Made by a program: the position numbers and the translations under genes
Origin: an uncultured Gemmatimonadota bacterium
Lineage (GTDB): Bacteria > Gemmatimonadota > CAZMKB01 > CAZNLH01
Reading direction: 5' to 3'
Length of the DNA: 64,000 nucleotides
Assembly (NCBI GenBank): GCA_964573995.1
Contig: CAZNLH010000001.1
Span: forward strand, 112,810 to 176,809
Part shown: in pieces, positions 29,332-38,576 of the stretch
Layout: each line of letters starts with the position of its first letter
Position numbering within the stretch: the stretch's first letter is position 1
Notes under the pieces: model-generated
Databases searched by the model: none
What the model saw: the letters and a program-made list of their open reading frames with translations, nothing else
What the model was told of the DNA's origin: nothing

Positions 29332-29343
29332 GGAGACAGCAGG

Positions 29344-30216
29344 GTGAAGGCCACGGCCGATATCACAACGCTAAGGAAATTGATAGGGGAATATCGTGGG
29401 ATGGGACGTACCATAGGCTTTGTACCGACCATGGGATGTCTCCATGAAGGCCACCTGAGCCTGGTCGATATAGCCGGGGAAAGTTGCGACGTGGTGGTGA
29501 TGAGTATCTTCGTGAACCCAACGCAGTTTGGGCCGGGAGAGGATCTGGAACGGTATCCTCGTGACCTGGATTCAGACCTTCTCATGGCGGAAGAGAGGGG
29601 AGTGGGACTGGTATTCCATCCGGAGGTCTCTACCATGTACCCAGGTGGTGACACACTTGCTTACATCGATATGCCGGGTCTGACCGGGGTATTGTGCGGT
29701 GCCAGCCGTCCTGGTCACTTCCGTGGCGTTATGACCGTCGTGGCGAAGTTGCTGAACATAGTTAAGCCGGATTTGGCAGTGTTCGGCCAGAAGGACATCC
29801 AGCAACTGGTAGTGATAAAAAGGATGGTACGCGACCTCAATTTTCCGGTGAAGATCGTCTCGGGCCCGATTGTCCGGGAGAGGGACGGATTGGCCATGAG
29901 TTCGCGTAATAAATACCTGGACGGGGATGAGCGCGTGGAGGCCCTCAGGTTGTACCGGTCTCTCCTGAAGGCGAAGGAATTAATACTCGATGGCGAGAGG
30001 ATCAGCAACAATATCTTGACTCCAATGACCGGAATACTCTCGGGCAAGGGGGTGAGATTGGACTATGCTGCCATCGTGCGGTACGATGATCTCGAGCCGA
30101 TGGACATTATAGGAGGGAGGGCCATCATAGCCGTGGCGGCATACGTGGGATCCACTCGACTTATAGACAATCTCATCGTGGAGATATCAGATGACGGGCC
30201 GTCATTCTCCATCTGA
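29344..30216 (+). CDS. panC: Pantoate--beta-alanine ligase.
   Basis: 'TIGFVPTMGCLHEGHLSLV' is the HIGH-type motif. GTG start follows RBS 'aggaga'. Confidence 0.9.
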   Translation: MKATADITTLRKLIGEYRGMGRTIGFVPTMGCLHEGHLSLVDIAGESCDVVVMSIFVNPTQFGPGEDLERYPRDLDSDLLMAEERGVGLVFHPEVSTMYPGGDTLAYIDMPGLTGVLCGASRPGHFRGVMTVVAKLLNIVKPDLAVFGQKDIQQLVVIKRMVRDLNFPVKIVSGPIVRERDGLAMSSRNKYLDGDERVEALRLYRSLLKAKELILDGERISNNILTPMTGILSGKGVRLDYAAIVRYDDLEPMDIIGGRAIIAVAAYVGSTRLIDNLIVEISDDGPSFSI

Positions 30217-31261
30217 AAGAGATGCACTCGCAGTGGTCATCCTGGCGGCGGGCGACTCTACCAGGATGAAGTCATCGGTCACAAAGGTGCTGCATCCCCT
30301 TGCCGGAAGGCCGATGATAGAACATATCCTCGCGGCAGTCGATCCCCTCCATCCCGTTTTGACCGTCATCGTGGCTGGCAGGAACAGGCAAAGCATTCGT
30401 GATGCCCTCCACAGCCCCGGGATCCACCTGGTGAGACAGGAGGAACCGCTTGGCACCGCCCATGCCCTGCTAACTGCAAGGGGAGAACTGGACGGATTCA
30501 ACGGCGACATTGTTGTCCTCTGTGGTGATACACCCCTCATCCGGCCCGACACCCTCCACCGCCTCCTCCAGTTCCACCGCGGAGGACGGGGCGATGCCAC
30601 CCTACTTACCTGTCGATTCAGCGATCCCGGTGGTTACGGCCGCATAATTCGTGGTGGGGATGGCGCAATACGGCGGATAGTCGAGGAAGTAGATACATCC
30701 CCCGAGGAGAAGGCTATCAGGGAGGTGAACACCGGCGTCTATTGTTTCAGGGCTCCCGTTATATTCAAATACTTGGAAGGTATCTGCGGCAGGGACAAAA
30801 GGCCTGGAGAGGAATACTTCCTGACAGATATCGTTGATGAATACAACCGGGCCGATCTCAGGGTCGGCGGGCTCTTGATCGATGAGGAAATGGAGGTCCT
30901 CGGGATCAACACCCTTGTCCAGTTGGCCTCCGCCGACAGGATCTTGAGGGAACGGATAAGAGACCACTGGATGACGGAGGGAGTAACGTTGATGGATCCC
31001 CCTTCCACTTTTATCGATGCGAGGGTCGTGATAGGGGCGGATACAAGGATATACCCCTTCGTTGTCATAGAGGGAGATAGCGTGATCGGCGAGAATACGG
31101 TCATAGGCCCTTTCAGCCGTATCATCAATAGCAGGTTGGAGCCGGCAACTCGATTGATGGGATGGAACTTCGTTGAGAATGCCTCCATCCCCGAGGGCCA
31201 GGTCCTGCCGCCGTTTTCATCATATCCCCGGGGCGGATCGGATAATCCGTCTTCACCATAG
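30191..31261 (+). CDS. GlmU-like sugar-1-phosphate nucleotidyltransferase with a truncated left-handed beta-helix tail.
   Basis: 'VVILAAGDSTRMKSSVTKVLHPLAGRPMIEH' is a GlmU N-terminal nucleotidyltransferase motif. The C-terminal 'VIGADTRIYPFVVIEGDSVIGENTVIG' hexapeptide repeats cover only ~100 aa, against ~200 aa in a full-length GlmU. Confidence 0.65.
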   Translation: MTGRHSPSERDALAVVILAAGDSTRMKSSVTKVLHPLAGRPMIEHILAAVDPLHPVLTVIVAGRNRQSIRDALHSPGIHLVRQEEPLGTAHALLTARGELDGFNGDIVVLCGDTPLIRPDTLHRLLQFHRGGRGDATLLTCRFSDPGGYGRIIRGGDGAIRRIVEEVDTSPEEKAIREVNTGVYCFRAPVIFKYLEGICGRDKRPGEEYFLTDIVDEYNRADLRVGGLLIDEEMEVLGINTLVQLASADRILRERIRDHWMTEGVTLMDPPSTFIDARVVIGADTRIYPFVVIEGDSVIGENTVIGPFSRIINSRLEPATRLMGWNFVENASIPEGQVLPPFSSYPRGGSDNPSSP

Positions 31262-31299
31262 ATGTCCATGCTGCAAGTCGCGTCGTTCTTTTCCTGCAA

Positions 31300-31820
31300 T
31301 GGCGAAAAAGCGATCGAAGAGGAAGAGTAAGAGACAAGGCCCGGGCCGGCGTCTCGTCACGCTCCTGTCCCTCGTCACGTTCATTGCTGTCCTCGTCCTG
31401 GCCATATCCACCGCACTGCGTTGGATTGTTCCACCACGGTCGAGGCACCTGTTCGGGAGGGACGTGATCAGGGTAGAGGTCCTGAACGGTTGCGGTGAAT
31501 ACGGGGTGGCAGAGAGGGTTACAGATTGGTTGAGAGAGGAGGGCTTCGATATCGTGTATTTCGGCAACGCTGACTCTTTCCGGTACGACGAGACCATCCT
31601 GTTTGACCGGTCGGGGAGGCCCGAGTTTGCCAGAGAGGTTGCGGATGTCCTGGGGTGCCATAATATCGAGAAGCGTTATGATGGATTGCTCCTTCTGGAC
31701 GTGACCGTTATCGTTGGAAAGGATTGGCGGAAGATGCGACTGGGACCAGATGAGGAGGGCGGTTGGAAGGAGTCGGCCAAGCGGTTGAGGGAGATGATGG
31801 AAGAATGGTTCAGTCCTTAG
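31300..31820 (+). CDS. LytR C-terminal (LytR_C) domain membrane-anchored protein.
   Basis: Basic N-terminus, TM helix, then 'IRVEVLNGCGEYGVAERVTDWLREEGFDIVYFGNADSF...TIL' typical of the LytR_C domain. Confidence 0.6.
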
Positions 31821-32473
31821 ATTGTTCCCTCTGTGTCATACTCGATTCGAAACACATCGGGGGGCGCGATATTGGTGAACTGACGAGGGGCCTGTGTGTA
31901 AACGGCGCCTCCATGATTCAGTACCGCGCAAAGGGGGAAGGGGACTCCTACCATTGGCGTTTCCTTCCCCCTGTCATAGCCTCGGCCCGCCAATGTCAAG
32001 TCCCCGTCATAATCAACGACGACCTCGACCTGGCCATCTTGTATGGAGCGGATGGGGTTCACCTGGGACAACGGGACATGCCGGTCGCCGAGGCCAGGAA
32101 GCGAGGAGGGGGGATCATAGTGGGAGCAACGGTTCACGATGTGGAGGAGGCAGGGAAGGCCATAAAGGATGGTGCGGACTATATAAGCCTCGGCTCGATT
32201 TACAAGACCAGTACCAAGGAGGACATTCACCTGGTAGGGCTCGATGTACTCGCCTCGGTATGCCGATACTCGACAATCCCCACCATCGCCATAGGCGGGA
32301 TTGATGGTGGGAGGATCGACGAAGTCCTCGGAAGGGGGGCCGATGGAATTGCCGTCGTTTCCGCGGTCCTTGACGGGCCGGATCCCGCTCAGGCGGTCAG
32401 GCGGTTGAGAGGGATGATAGATGGATACAGGTGCTCGCCGCCTCGAATCTCCACGCCCATCGATGGAGGGTAG
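31805..32473 (+). CDS. thiE: Thiamine-phosphate synthase.
   Basis: 'IQYRAKGEGDS...VIINDDLDLAILYGADGVHLGQRDMPVAEARK...GGIIVGATVHDVEEAGKAIKDGADYISLGSIY' matches ThiE. Confidence 0.88.
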   Translation: MVQSLDCSLCVILDSKHIGGRDIGELTRGLCVNGASMIQYRAKGEGDSYHWRFLPPVIASARQCQVPVIINDDLDLAILYGADGVHLGQRDMPVAEARKRGGGIIVGATVHDVEEAGKAIKDGADYISLGSIYKTSTKEDIHLVGLDVLASVCRYSTIPTIAIGGIDGGRIDEVLGRGADGIAVVSAVLDGPDPAQAVRRLRGMIDGYRCSPPRISTPIDGG

Positions 32474-32611
32474 TGAAGTCGGAGGGTGAATAATTGATGT
32501 TAAACTCTTCACGGTAGTACAAGGTCGGAATTATGTGAAGGTGTACATGATTCATCGGTCCAATATTTCTTTTATTAGATTACCCTGCTCATGGGGCTGC
32601 AATTCTTTTTC

Positions 32612-32640
32612 TTGACAATTCTTTCGCGGTGTGCTATCCT
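32612..32640 (+). promoter_or_regulatory. Candidate sigma70 promoter (TTGACA-17 nt-TATCCT) for the PAS-kinase operon.
   Basis: 'cTTGACAattctttcgcggtgtgcTATCCT' lies ~95 nt upstream of ATG 32735. RBS 'agggagg' sits just before the start codon. Confidence 0.3.
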
Positions 32641-32734
32641 GTTTTCAACCATGATTTCAACAGTAATCCAATCATGTTTCCGCAAGGCGAGAAGCCGCTT
32701 CTTAACATATCTTATGAAATAGGGAGGACCTGGG

Positions 32735-33979
32735 ATGCTTGGAGCAGCAAAAGGAGAAGGCGAGGTCGCGGATCCCGGTCAATGCGTTAGTAACAACGGG
32801 ACGGCAGGCAGGTGGGGAGGACGAAAGGGCGAAGTATCGCTGCTGGAGGAGGTCTTCCGTGATGTCAAGGAGGGGATCGGGGTCGTCGACGAGAATGAAA
32901 AGATAGTATTGTGTAATCCGGCCTACGCCAGGATCTTTGACGAGGAGCCGGAGAGGCTGCTGGGAGAGAGATTGTCCGATTTCCTGGATGAAGACTCTTT
33001 CAATAAGGTTATTGAGCAGACAAGAGCGAGAAGAAGTGGACGCGCAGGGACCTATGAACTCTCGATCGTCACCAGGAGGGGTAATCGGAAGGAGATTCGG
33101 ATCTCTGCACTGCCGCGCTTCGACGCGTATGGATCTTACAGGGGCGCCCTTGGTACCATCCTCGACATCACCGAGCGCAGGCAGGCCGAACGACGATTGA
33201 GGAGGTACTCCGAGCGACTTGAGGAGATGGTCGACGAAAGGACCAGGGAACTGAGAGAGGCCCAGGAAGACCTCATTCGTAAGGAGAGACTGGCCACCCT
33301 CGGTCAACTGGCCGGTGGAGTGGGCCATGAATTGAGAAATTCCCTGGGGGCGGTAAAGAACTCGGCGTATTTTCTAAAGATGGCCCTCGAGGGGTCGGAC
33401 CCCGACATAATGAAGGCCATAGATATCCTGGATCGCGAGGTAACTGCGTCAGATAGGATCATCAGCAGTCTCCTCGACTTTGCCAGGTTGAGGGCTCCCA
33501 CCTTTAAGGAAGTGAACGTCAACGACCTGCTCGTGGAGGAGATGGATCGCCTCTCCATATCCAAAGATATCAAGGTCGTGACCAGGCTGAAGAGGTCAAT
33601 GCCCGCCGTCCAGGCAGACCCCGATCAACTCGGCCAGGTCTTCGGGAACATCATAGTCAATGCCGTCCAGGCAATGCCCTCGGGCGGCAGGCTGGGCGTA
33701 TCGACCGGGGTATGTGGTTCAGGGTGGATATCCGTGTCCATATCCGACACCGGTGTGGGAATCGCCGAGGAGGACCTGGGCAAACTCTTCATCCCTCTCT
33801 TCACGACGAAGGTCAACGGTATCGGCCTTGGCCTCGCCATCACGCACAGGCTTGTTGAAAGACACGGGGGGAAGATAGAGGTCAAGAGCGAGGTTGGTAA
33901 GGGGAGCACGTTCACGGTCCGCTTGCCGCAACATGGAAGGGTAGAAGATAGGCAGCCGGAAGGTGATCACTCGGGGTGA
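32735..33979 (+). CDS. PAS-domain sensor histidine kinase (HisKA + HATPase_c).
   Basis: PAS: 'IVLCNPAYARIFDEEPERLLGERL'. H-box: 'GGVGHELRNSLGAV'. ATPase G-boxes: 'DTGVGIAEED...NGIGLGLAI'. Confidence 0.85.
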   Translation: MLGAAKGEGEVADPGQCVSNNGTAGRWGGRKGEVSLLEEVFRDVKEGIGVVDENEKIVLCNPAYARIFDEEPERLLGERLSDFLDEDSFNKVIEQTRARRSGRAGTYELSIVTRRGNRKEIRISALPRFDAYGSYRGALGTILDITERRQAERRLRRYSERLEEMVDERTRELREAQEDLIRKERLATLGQLAGGVGHELRNSLGAVKNSAYFLKMALEGSDPDIMKAIDILDREVTASDRIISSLLDFARLRAPTFKEVNVNDLLVEEMDRLSISKDIKVVTRLKRSMPAVQADPDQLGQVFGNIIVNAVQAMPSGGRLGVSTGVCGSGWISVSISDTGVGIAEEDLGKLFIPLFTTKVNGIGLGLAITHRLVERHGGKIEVKSEVGKGSTFTVRLPQHGRVEDRQPEGDHSG

Positions 33980-34021
33980 TTTCCTGAAGGGATTGGCCGA
34001 CAGGAGAAGAAGGTCAACGGA

Positions 34022-37000
34022 ATGGAGGAAAACAATAGAATCCTGATCGTCGACGACAGCGAGGGGATCGCCAACAGCCTGACTCTCATCCTTCGCAGGA
34101 AGGGATACGACACCGATAAGGCCTCCACGGGCCGAGAGGCCCTTAAAAAGGCCGGGGCGAGGTTCTTCAACGTGATCCTCCTCGACATCAAACTCCCCGA
34201 TGTCAATGGCGTGCAACTGATCAATCAACTCAAGGCGATACACCCAGACACGGCCGTGATCGTTATCACCGCATACGCCTCCTTGGATTCGGCGGTCAGC
34301 GCGCTGAACGATGGGGCCATGCTCTACCTTATGAAGCCCCTTAACATGGATCTCGTCCTGTCCAAGGTCGAGGAGGCAATCGAGGAACAGTGCCGTATAT
34401 GGGAAGGAAGGAGATCCATAGAGGCACTGGGGGAGAGTGAGGAGAAGTTCAGGATGATGGCCGAGGCTGGGAGCGATGTGATCTACCAGATGGACAGGGA
34501 GGGGAGGATCACATACTGCTCGCCGGCGGTTAAAAAACTCACGGGTTACTCACAGGAAGAGGTCATAGGGACATCACTCGACAGGTACTGTGCCCCGGGA
34601 GACCTTGATAGAATTACAAGGGCCTTCCGAAACATCCTGTCAGGAAAGAGGACCGAACTGCTCGAACTGAACGCGCTCCACAGGGATGGATCGCTCCTGC
34701 CGGTTGAGATCAGCACTGTTCCCCTTTTCAGAAATGGTGACATCGTGGGTGCCCAGGGAATCGTTCGGGACGTCACGGAGCGCAAGAAGGCGGAGGATGC
34801 CCTGCGCAGGAGGGACAAGATCCTCGAGGCGGTTAGTAACGCCGCACAGATATACATGACGGCGGATTCGTGGGAGGAGGCCACATCGGACATCCTGCAA
34901 CGAATTGGGAACGCTGCGGGAGTTTGTCGCGTTTATATCTTCGAGAATCAGCGCTCCCCGGAAGGAGACATCCTGACCAGCCAGCGCTATGAATGGGTAG
35001 AGGCGGGCGTCTCCCCCCAGATAGACAACCCTGAACTCCAGGGCTTTCCGTATAGGGCCGGAGGGTTTTCACGGTGGGCGGAGACACTGGCAAGAGGCGA
35101 GGCCATCTGGGGCCATGTCAAAGACTTCCCGGATAGTGAGCGCGAGGTCCTGGAACAACAGGATATCAAGTCGATAGTCGTTGCACCTATCTTCACTGGG
35201 AAGGCCTGGTGGGGGCTGATTGGGTTCGATGCATGCCGTTCGGAGCGTGAGTGGTCAGATGCGGAGATCGACACCCTGAAGGCCGCCGCAGGCACGCTGG
35301 GCGCGGCTATTCGCCGCGACCAGACTGCGAGGCAACTGAATGAACAAAAGATGCTTCTGGAATCGTTGTTCAACAATATCCAGGAGGGAATAGGGTTCGT
35401 GGACACGGAGGAAAATATCGTTTTCTGTAACCCAGCATACGCAAGGATCTTCGAGGCGGACACATCGGAATTGGTGGGGAAGAACCTGCGGTCTTTCCTG
35501 GACGACGATGCCTTCTCACTGATCCTCCGGCAGACGGAGAATAGAAGGGCCGGAAGGGTGACGACCTACGAGTGCCCGATTCGTACCTCCAGGGGTCACC
35601 GGAAGGTGATTCGCGTAACGGGTTCTCCGCGGTTCAGCGAGACTGGTGAATACCTCGGCACCTTCGGCGCCGTCCTCGACGTAACGGAGGAGAAGAGGCT
35701 CAGGGAAGAACTCGAGCGATCCGAGGCCCGGTCCCGCCACATCCTGACGTCGAGCCCGGTGGTCCTTTACAGTTGCACGGCCTCGACCGAGGGGGAGGAT
35801 GCGCATGGATACGTTACCACCTTCATCAGTGCAAATATCCGGGATATCTTCGGGTACTCACAGGAGGAATGCCTGGAAGACCCGGAATGGTGGCTCAGAA
35901 TCATCCATCCCGGGGACGCAGCGAGGGTCCTCAAGGAGATGGCACAACTCTTCAAGGAGGATTACCTCTCCCACGCCTACAGGATCAGGAACAAGGGCGG
36001 GGAATACCGCTGGATAGCGGACGAGATCAACCTCATACGCGAAGCCGATGGCAGGCCGGTCGAGTTCATCGGCTCCTGGATGGACATCACCGAACAAATG
36101 CGGATGGAATCCGCACTGGCGGAAAGCGAGGAGAAGTACAGGAACCTGGTCGACAACGCCCTCGTGGGAATCTTCCAGACAAACCTCAAGGGCGAGATCC
36201 TCTTCGCCAACGAGGCCCTGTCACGGATGGCGAAGTTCCGCTCCCCGGCGGAGATGATGGAGCAGGGCGCATTGCCGCGGTACAAGGATCCGAAGGCCAG
36301 GGAAGAGATGATAAAGATCCTGCTCAGACAAGGGAAGATCGACGGATTTTCCACGGAGATGCTCACGAAGACAGGTGAGACCCGGTACGCCCTGACGAGC
36401 GCCGTCCTCTCCGATGGAAAGATCTCGGGGGTGGTGATCGACATTACCTCTCTCCGGAACATGGAAAGGGAACTGCGGCGTTCCCAAGAGGAATTTCGCG
36501 ATCTTGCCCGGCACCTTCAGTCCGTGCGCGAGGAGGAACGCACTGATATCGCCCGTGAGATACACGACGGCCTCGGACAATCACTGACCGCATTGAAGAT
36601 GGACCTGTCATGGCTGGCGAAGAGGATACCGGGAGATCAACGCTCACTCCTCAACAAGATACGATCGATGTCGGACTTGATCGATGGGAATATCCGGTCG
36701 GTCAAGAGGCTATCCTCTGAATTGAGGCCGGGGCTGCTGGATGAGATCGGCCTCAATGCCGCTATTGAATGGTATCTGGAGAGTTTCGAGGATCGGACCG
36801 GGATACGGTGCCAGGTTAAATACGACTCGAACAGGGGCGACCTGCATCTCGACAGGAACCGTGCGACCGCCCTTTTCCGGGTCTTACAGGAGGCGATGAC
36901 CAACGTAGTCCGCCACGCCGATGCCACGAGGGTCATGATCAGCGCCAGGATCGAAGACGACAGGTTCATCTTATCGATAAGGGATAACGGGAACGGCATT

Positions 37001-37222
37001 ACGGAGGCGGACCTCTCGAACCCTCGTTCATACGGTCTAATCGGGATGCGGGAACGAGTCCAACCGTGGGGAGGAGAACTCGATATCCGCGGGAATGAAG
37101 GCAAGGGCACCACGGTCGTTGTAAGTATACCCCTCGGAGGAGAGGAGGATCCAAATGATAAGAGTGCTGATAGCGGACGACCACACGATCGTTCGAAAGG
37201 GGATCGTACAGATTCTCAATGA
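34022..37222 (+). CDS. Hybrid multi-sensor kinase: N-terminal receiver, then PAS, GAF, PAS, PAS, PAS, then HisKA_3 (NarL-type) and HATPase.
   Basis: Receiver: 'ILIVDDSEG...VILLDIKLPDVNG'. Repeated PAS modules, including 'IVFCNPAYARIFEAD'. GAF-like region. HisKA_3 H-box 'REIHDGLGQSLTALKMDL'. HATPase: 'RDNGNGIT...GLIGMRERVQPWGGEL'. Confidence 0.85.
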   Translation: MEENNRILIVDDSEGIANSLTLILRRKGYDTDKASTGREALKKAGARFFNVILLDIKLPDVNGVQLINQLKAIHPDTAVIVITAYASLDSAVSALNDGAMLYLMKPLNMDLVLSKVEEAIEEQCRIWEGRRSIEALGESEEKFRMMAEAGSDVIYQMDREGRITYCSPAVKKLTGYSQEEVIGTSLDRYCAPGDLDRITRAFRNILSGKRTELLELNALHRDGSLLPVEISTVPLFRNGDIVGAQGIVRDVTERKKAEDALRRRDKILEAVSNAAQIYMTADSWEEATSDILQRIGNAAGVCRVYIFENQRSPEGDILTSQRYEWVEAGVSPQIDNPELQGFPYRAGGFSRWAETLARGEAIWGHVKDFPDSEREVLEQQDIKSIVVAPIFTGKAWWGLIGFDACRSEREWSDAEIDTLKAAAGTLGAAIRRDQTARQLNEQKMLLESLFNNIQEGIGFVDTEENIVFCNPAYARIFEADTSELVGKNLRSFLDDDAFSLILRQTENRRAGRVTTYECPIRTSRGHRKVIRVTGSPRFSETGEYLGTFGAVLDVTEEKRLREELERSEARSRHILTSSPVVLYSCTASTEGEDAHGYVTTFISANIRDIFGYSQEECLEDPEWWLRIIHPGDAARVLKEMAQLFKEDYLSHAYRIRNKGGEYRWIADEINLIREADGRPVEFIGSWMDITEQMRMESALAESEEKYRNLVDNALVGIFQTNLKGEILFANEALSRMAKFRSPAEMMEQGALPRYKDPKAREEMIKILLRQGKIDGFSTEMLTKTGETRYALTSAVLSDGKISGVVIDITSLRNMERELRRSQEEFRDLARHLQSVREEERTDIAREIHDGLGQSLTALKMDLSWLAKRIPGDQRSLLNKIRSMSDLIDGNIRSVKRLSSELRPGLLDEIGLNAAIEWYLESFEDRTGIRCQVKYDSNRGDLHLDRNRATALFRVLQEAMTNVVRHADATRVMISARIEDDRFILSIRDNGNGITEADLSNPRSYGLIGMRERVQPWGGELDIRGNEGKGTTVVVSIPLGGEEDPNDKSADSGRPHDRSKGDRTDSQ

Positions 37223-37787
37223 CACGGATGACATGGCCCCGGTTGATGAGGCGGAGAACGGCCGGGAAGTCCTACGAAAGACATCCGAGGGTAGTTTCGA
37301 CGTTGTCCTGCTCGATATATCAATGCCCGGCATGAACGGCCTGGATGTCTTGAAGCAATTGAAGATCTCGAGCCCCGGTATCAACGTGCTGATCCTGAGC
37401 ATGTATCCGGAGGAGCAATACGCCATCCGCCTCCTCAAGGCAGGCGCCGCCGGCTATGTATCTAAGGACAGGGCCCCGGAAGAATTGATAAAGGCGATAC
37501 GCAAGGTCTCGAAGGGCAGGAAATACGTCAGCCCATCACTTGCAGAGCGCCTGGCCTGGAACCTGGCAACAGATTCCGACAGGCCGCTCTATGAAATCCT
37601 CTCCGATCGAGAATTCCAGATAATCTGCGAAATCGCCTCCGGCAAGACCGTTGGCGAGATCGCGGAAAAACTCTCGTTGAGCCCCAAGACGGTAAGTACC
37701 TATCGAACCCGTGTCCTGAGAAAGACAGGCATGAAGAACAATGCGGAATTGATGCGTTATGCGATATTGAACAACCTCGTGGAATAA
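37155..37787 (+). CDS. LuxR/NarL-family response regulator (receiver plus HTH).
   Basis: 'MIRVLIADDHTIVRKGI...VVLLDISMPGMNG' and the C-terminal LuxR HTH 'TVGEIAEKLSLSPKTVSTYRTRVLRK'. RBS 'ggagaggagg'. The 5' end overlaps the kinase tail by 68 nt. Confidence 0.9.
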   Translation: MIRVLIADDHTIVRKGIVQILNDTDDMAPVDEAENGREVLRKTSEGSFDVVLLDISMPGMNGLDVLKQLKISSPGINVLILSMYPEEQYAIRLLKAGAAGYVSKDRAPEELIKAIRKVSKGRKYVSPSLAERLAWNLATDSDRPLYEILSDREFQIICEIASGKTVGEIAEKLSLSPKTVSTYRTRVLRKTGMKNNAELMRYAILNNLVE

Positions 37788-38576
37788 TCTGATACCCTCC
37801 TCCCCGCCATCCTGCTCCTACTCGGACTACCATACGGCTATTACTGTAGGACAAATATGGACAATAAATTGAGCATCAGGCGCGCATACTTTCGCCTGCC
37901 TGTATTGTATAATGTATATCTAAAATCTCCATCACGCCTGGAAGTTCGCACGTAATCCGATATCAAGGCACGTTGCGTCCGGGTGCTCGATGTCCGGATT
38001 CCGGCGTGCCGGCCGATCGGGAAACGGTATCTTCTCTTGTTGCGTTATCTCGGGAACCAAGAGGTCCAAGGTGTTTGGTCGATCATGGGGCTTATGGCTC
38101 GATTAAATCCATATGATTAGACTTCCGATGAAGGCATCGAGGACCTCTTCTTCCTGAGAGTTCCACTCCCGACACGAAAATTATTTTTTCGAATAACTAT
38201 CCTCATTCAATCCTTATTAAAACTCAATTTCCTGAAATCCAATCTTATCCTCGTGAAGACAGTGCGCACTTTAAGAAACGACGGCACCATCACTCACAAT
38301 AAAAACCCCCACCTGCATATCCGTATGGCGGCCGCCTTGTCGTCAGAAAGGCACGACTTGGAGGGATCCAGCGAAGATGCCGCGTCATCAGGATAGGGGG
38401 TCAGCGGTGAACTTCAAGGGCCCCGATGCAGCCCGTCCTTCCGATGGACTTTAGGGTTGGGGGTCCAATGATTGTAAGGTTGGTTACAGAAACTCGACAG
38501 TGCCCAGATATAATAAGAAAACGATATCAGTCCTTTGTAGAGGCGTCTGAATGTCTTCAGGTCAAGGAGGGTTAGA

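Noticed and set aside
31700-31810. TPP riboswitch upstream of thiE
   Set aside because: thiE overlaps the preceding LytR_C gene, which leaves no leader. No 'CTGAGA'-type thi-box was seen.
35773-36378. 201-aa plus-strand alternative-frame ORF inside the hybrid kinase
   Set aside because: It is an out-of-frame overlap with PAS domains and is Arg/Gly/Pro-rich junk.
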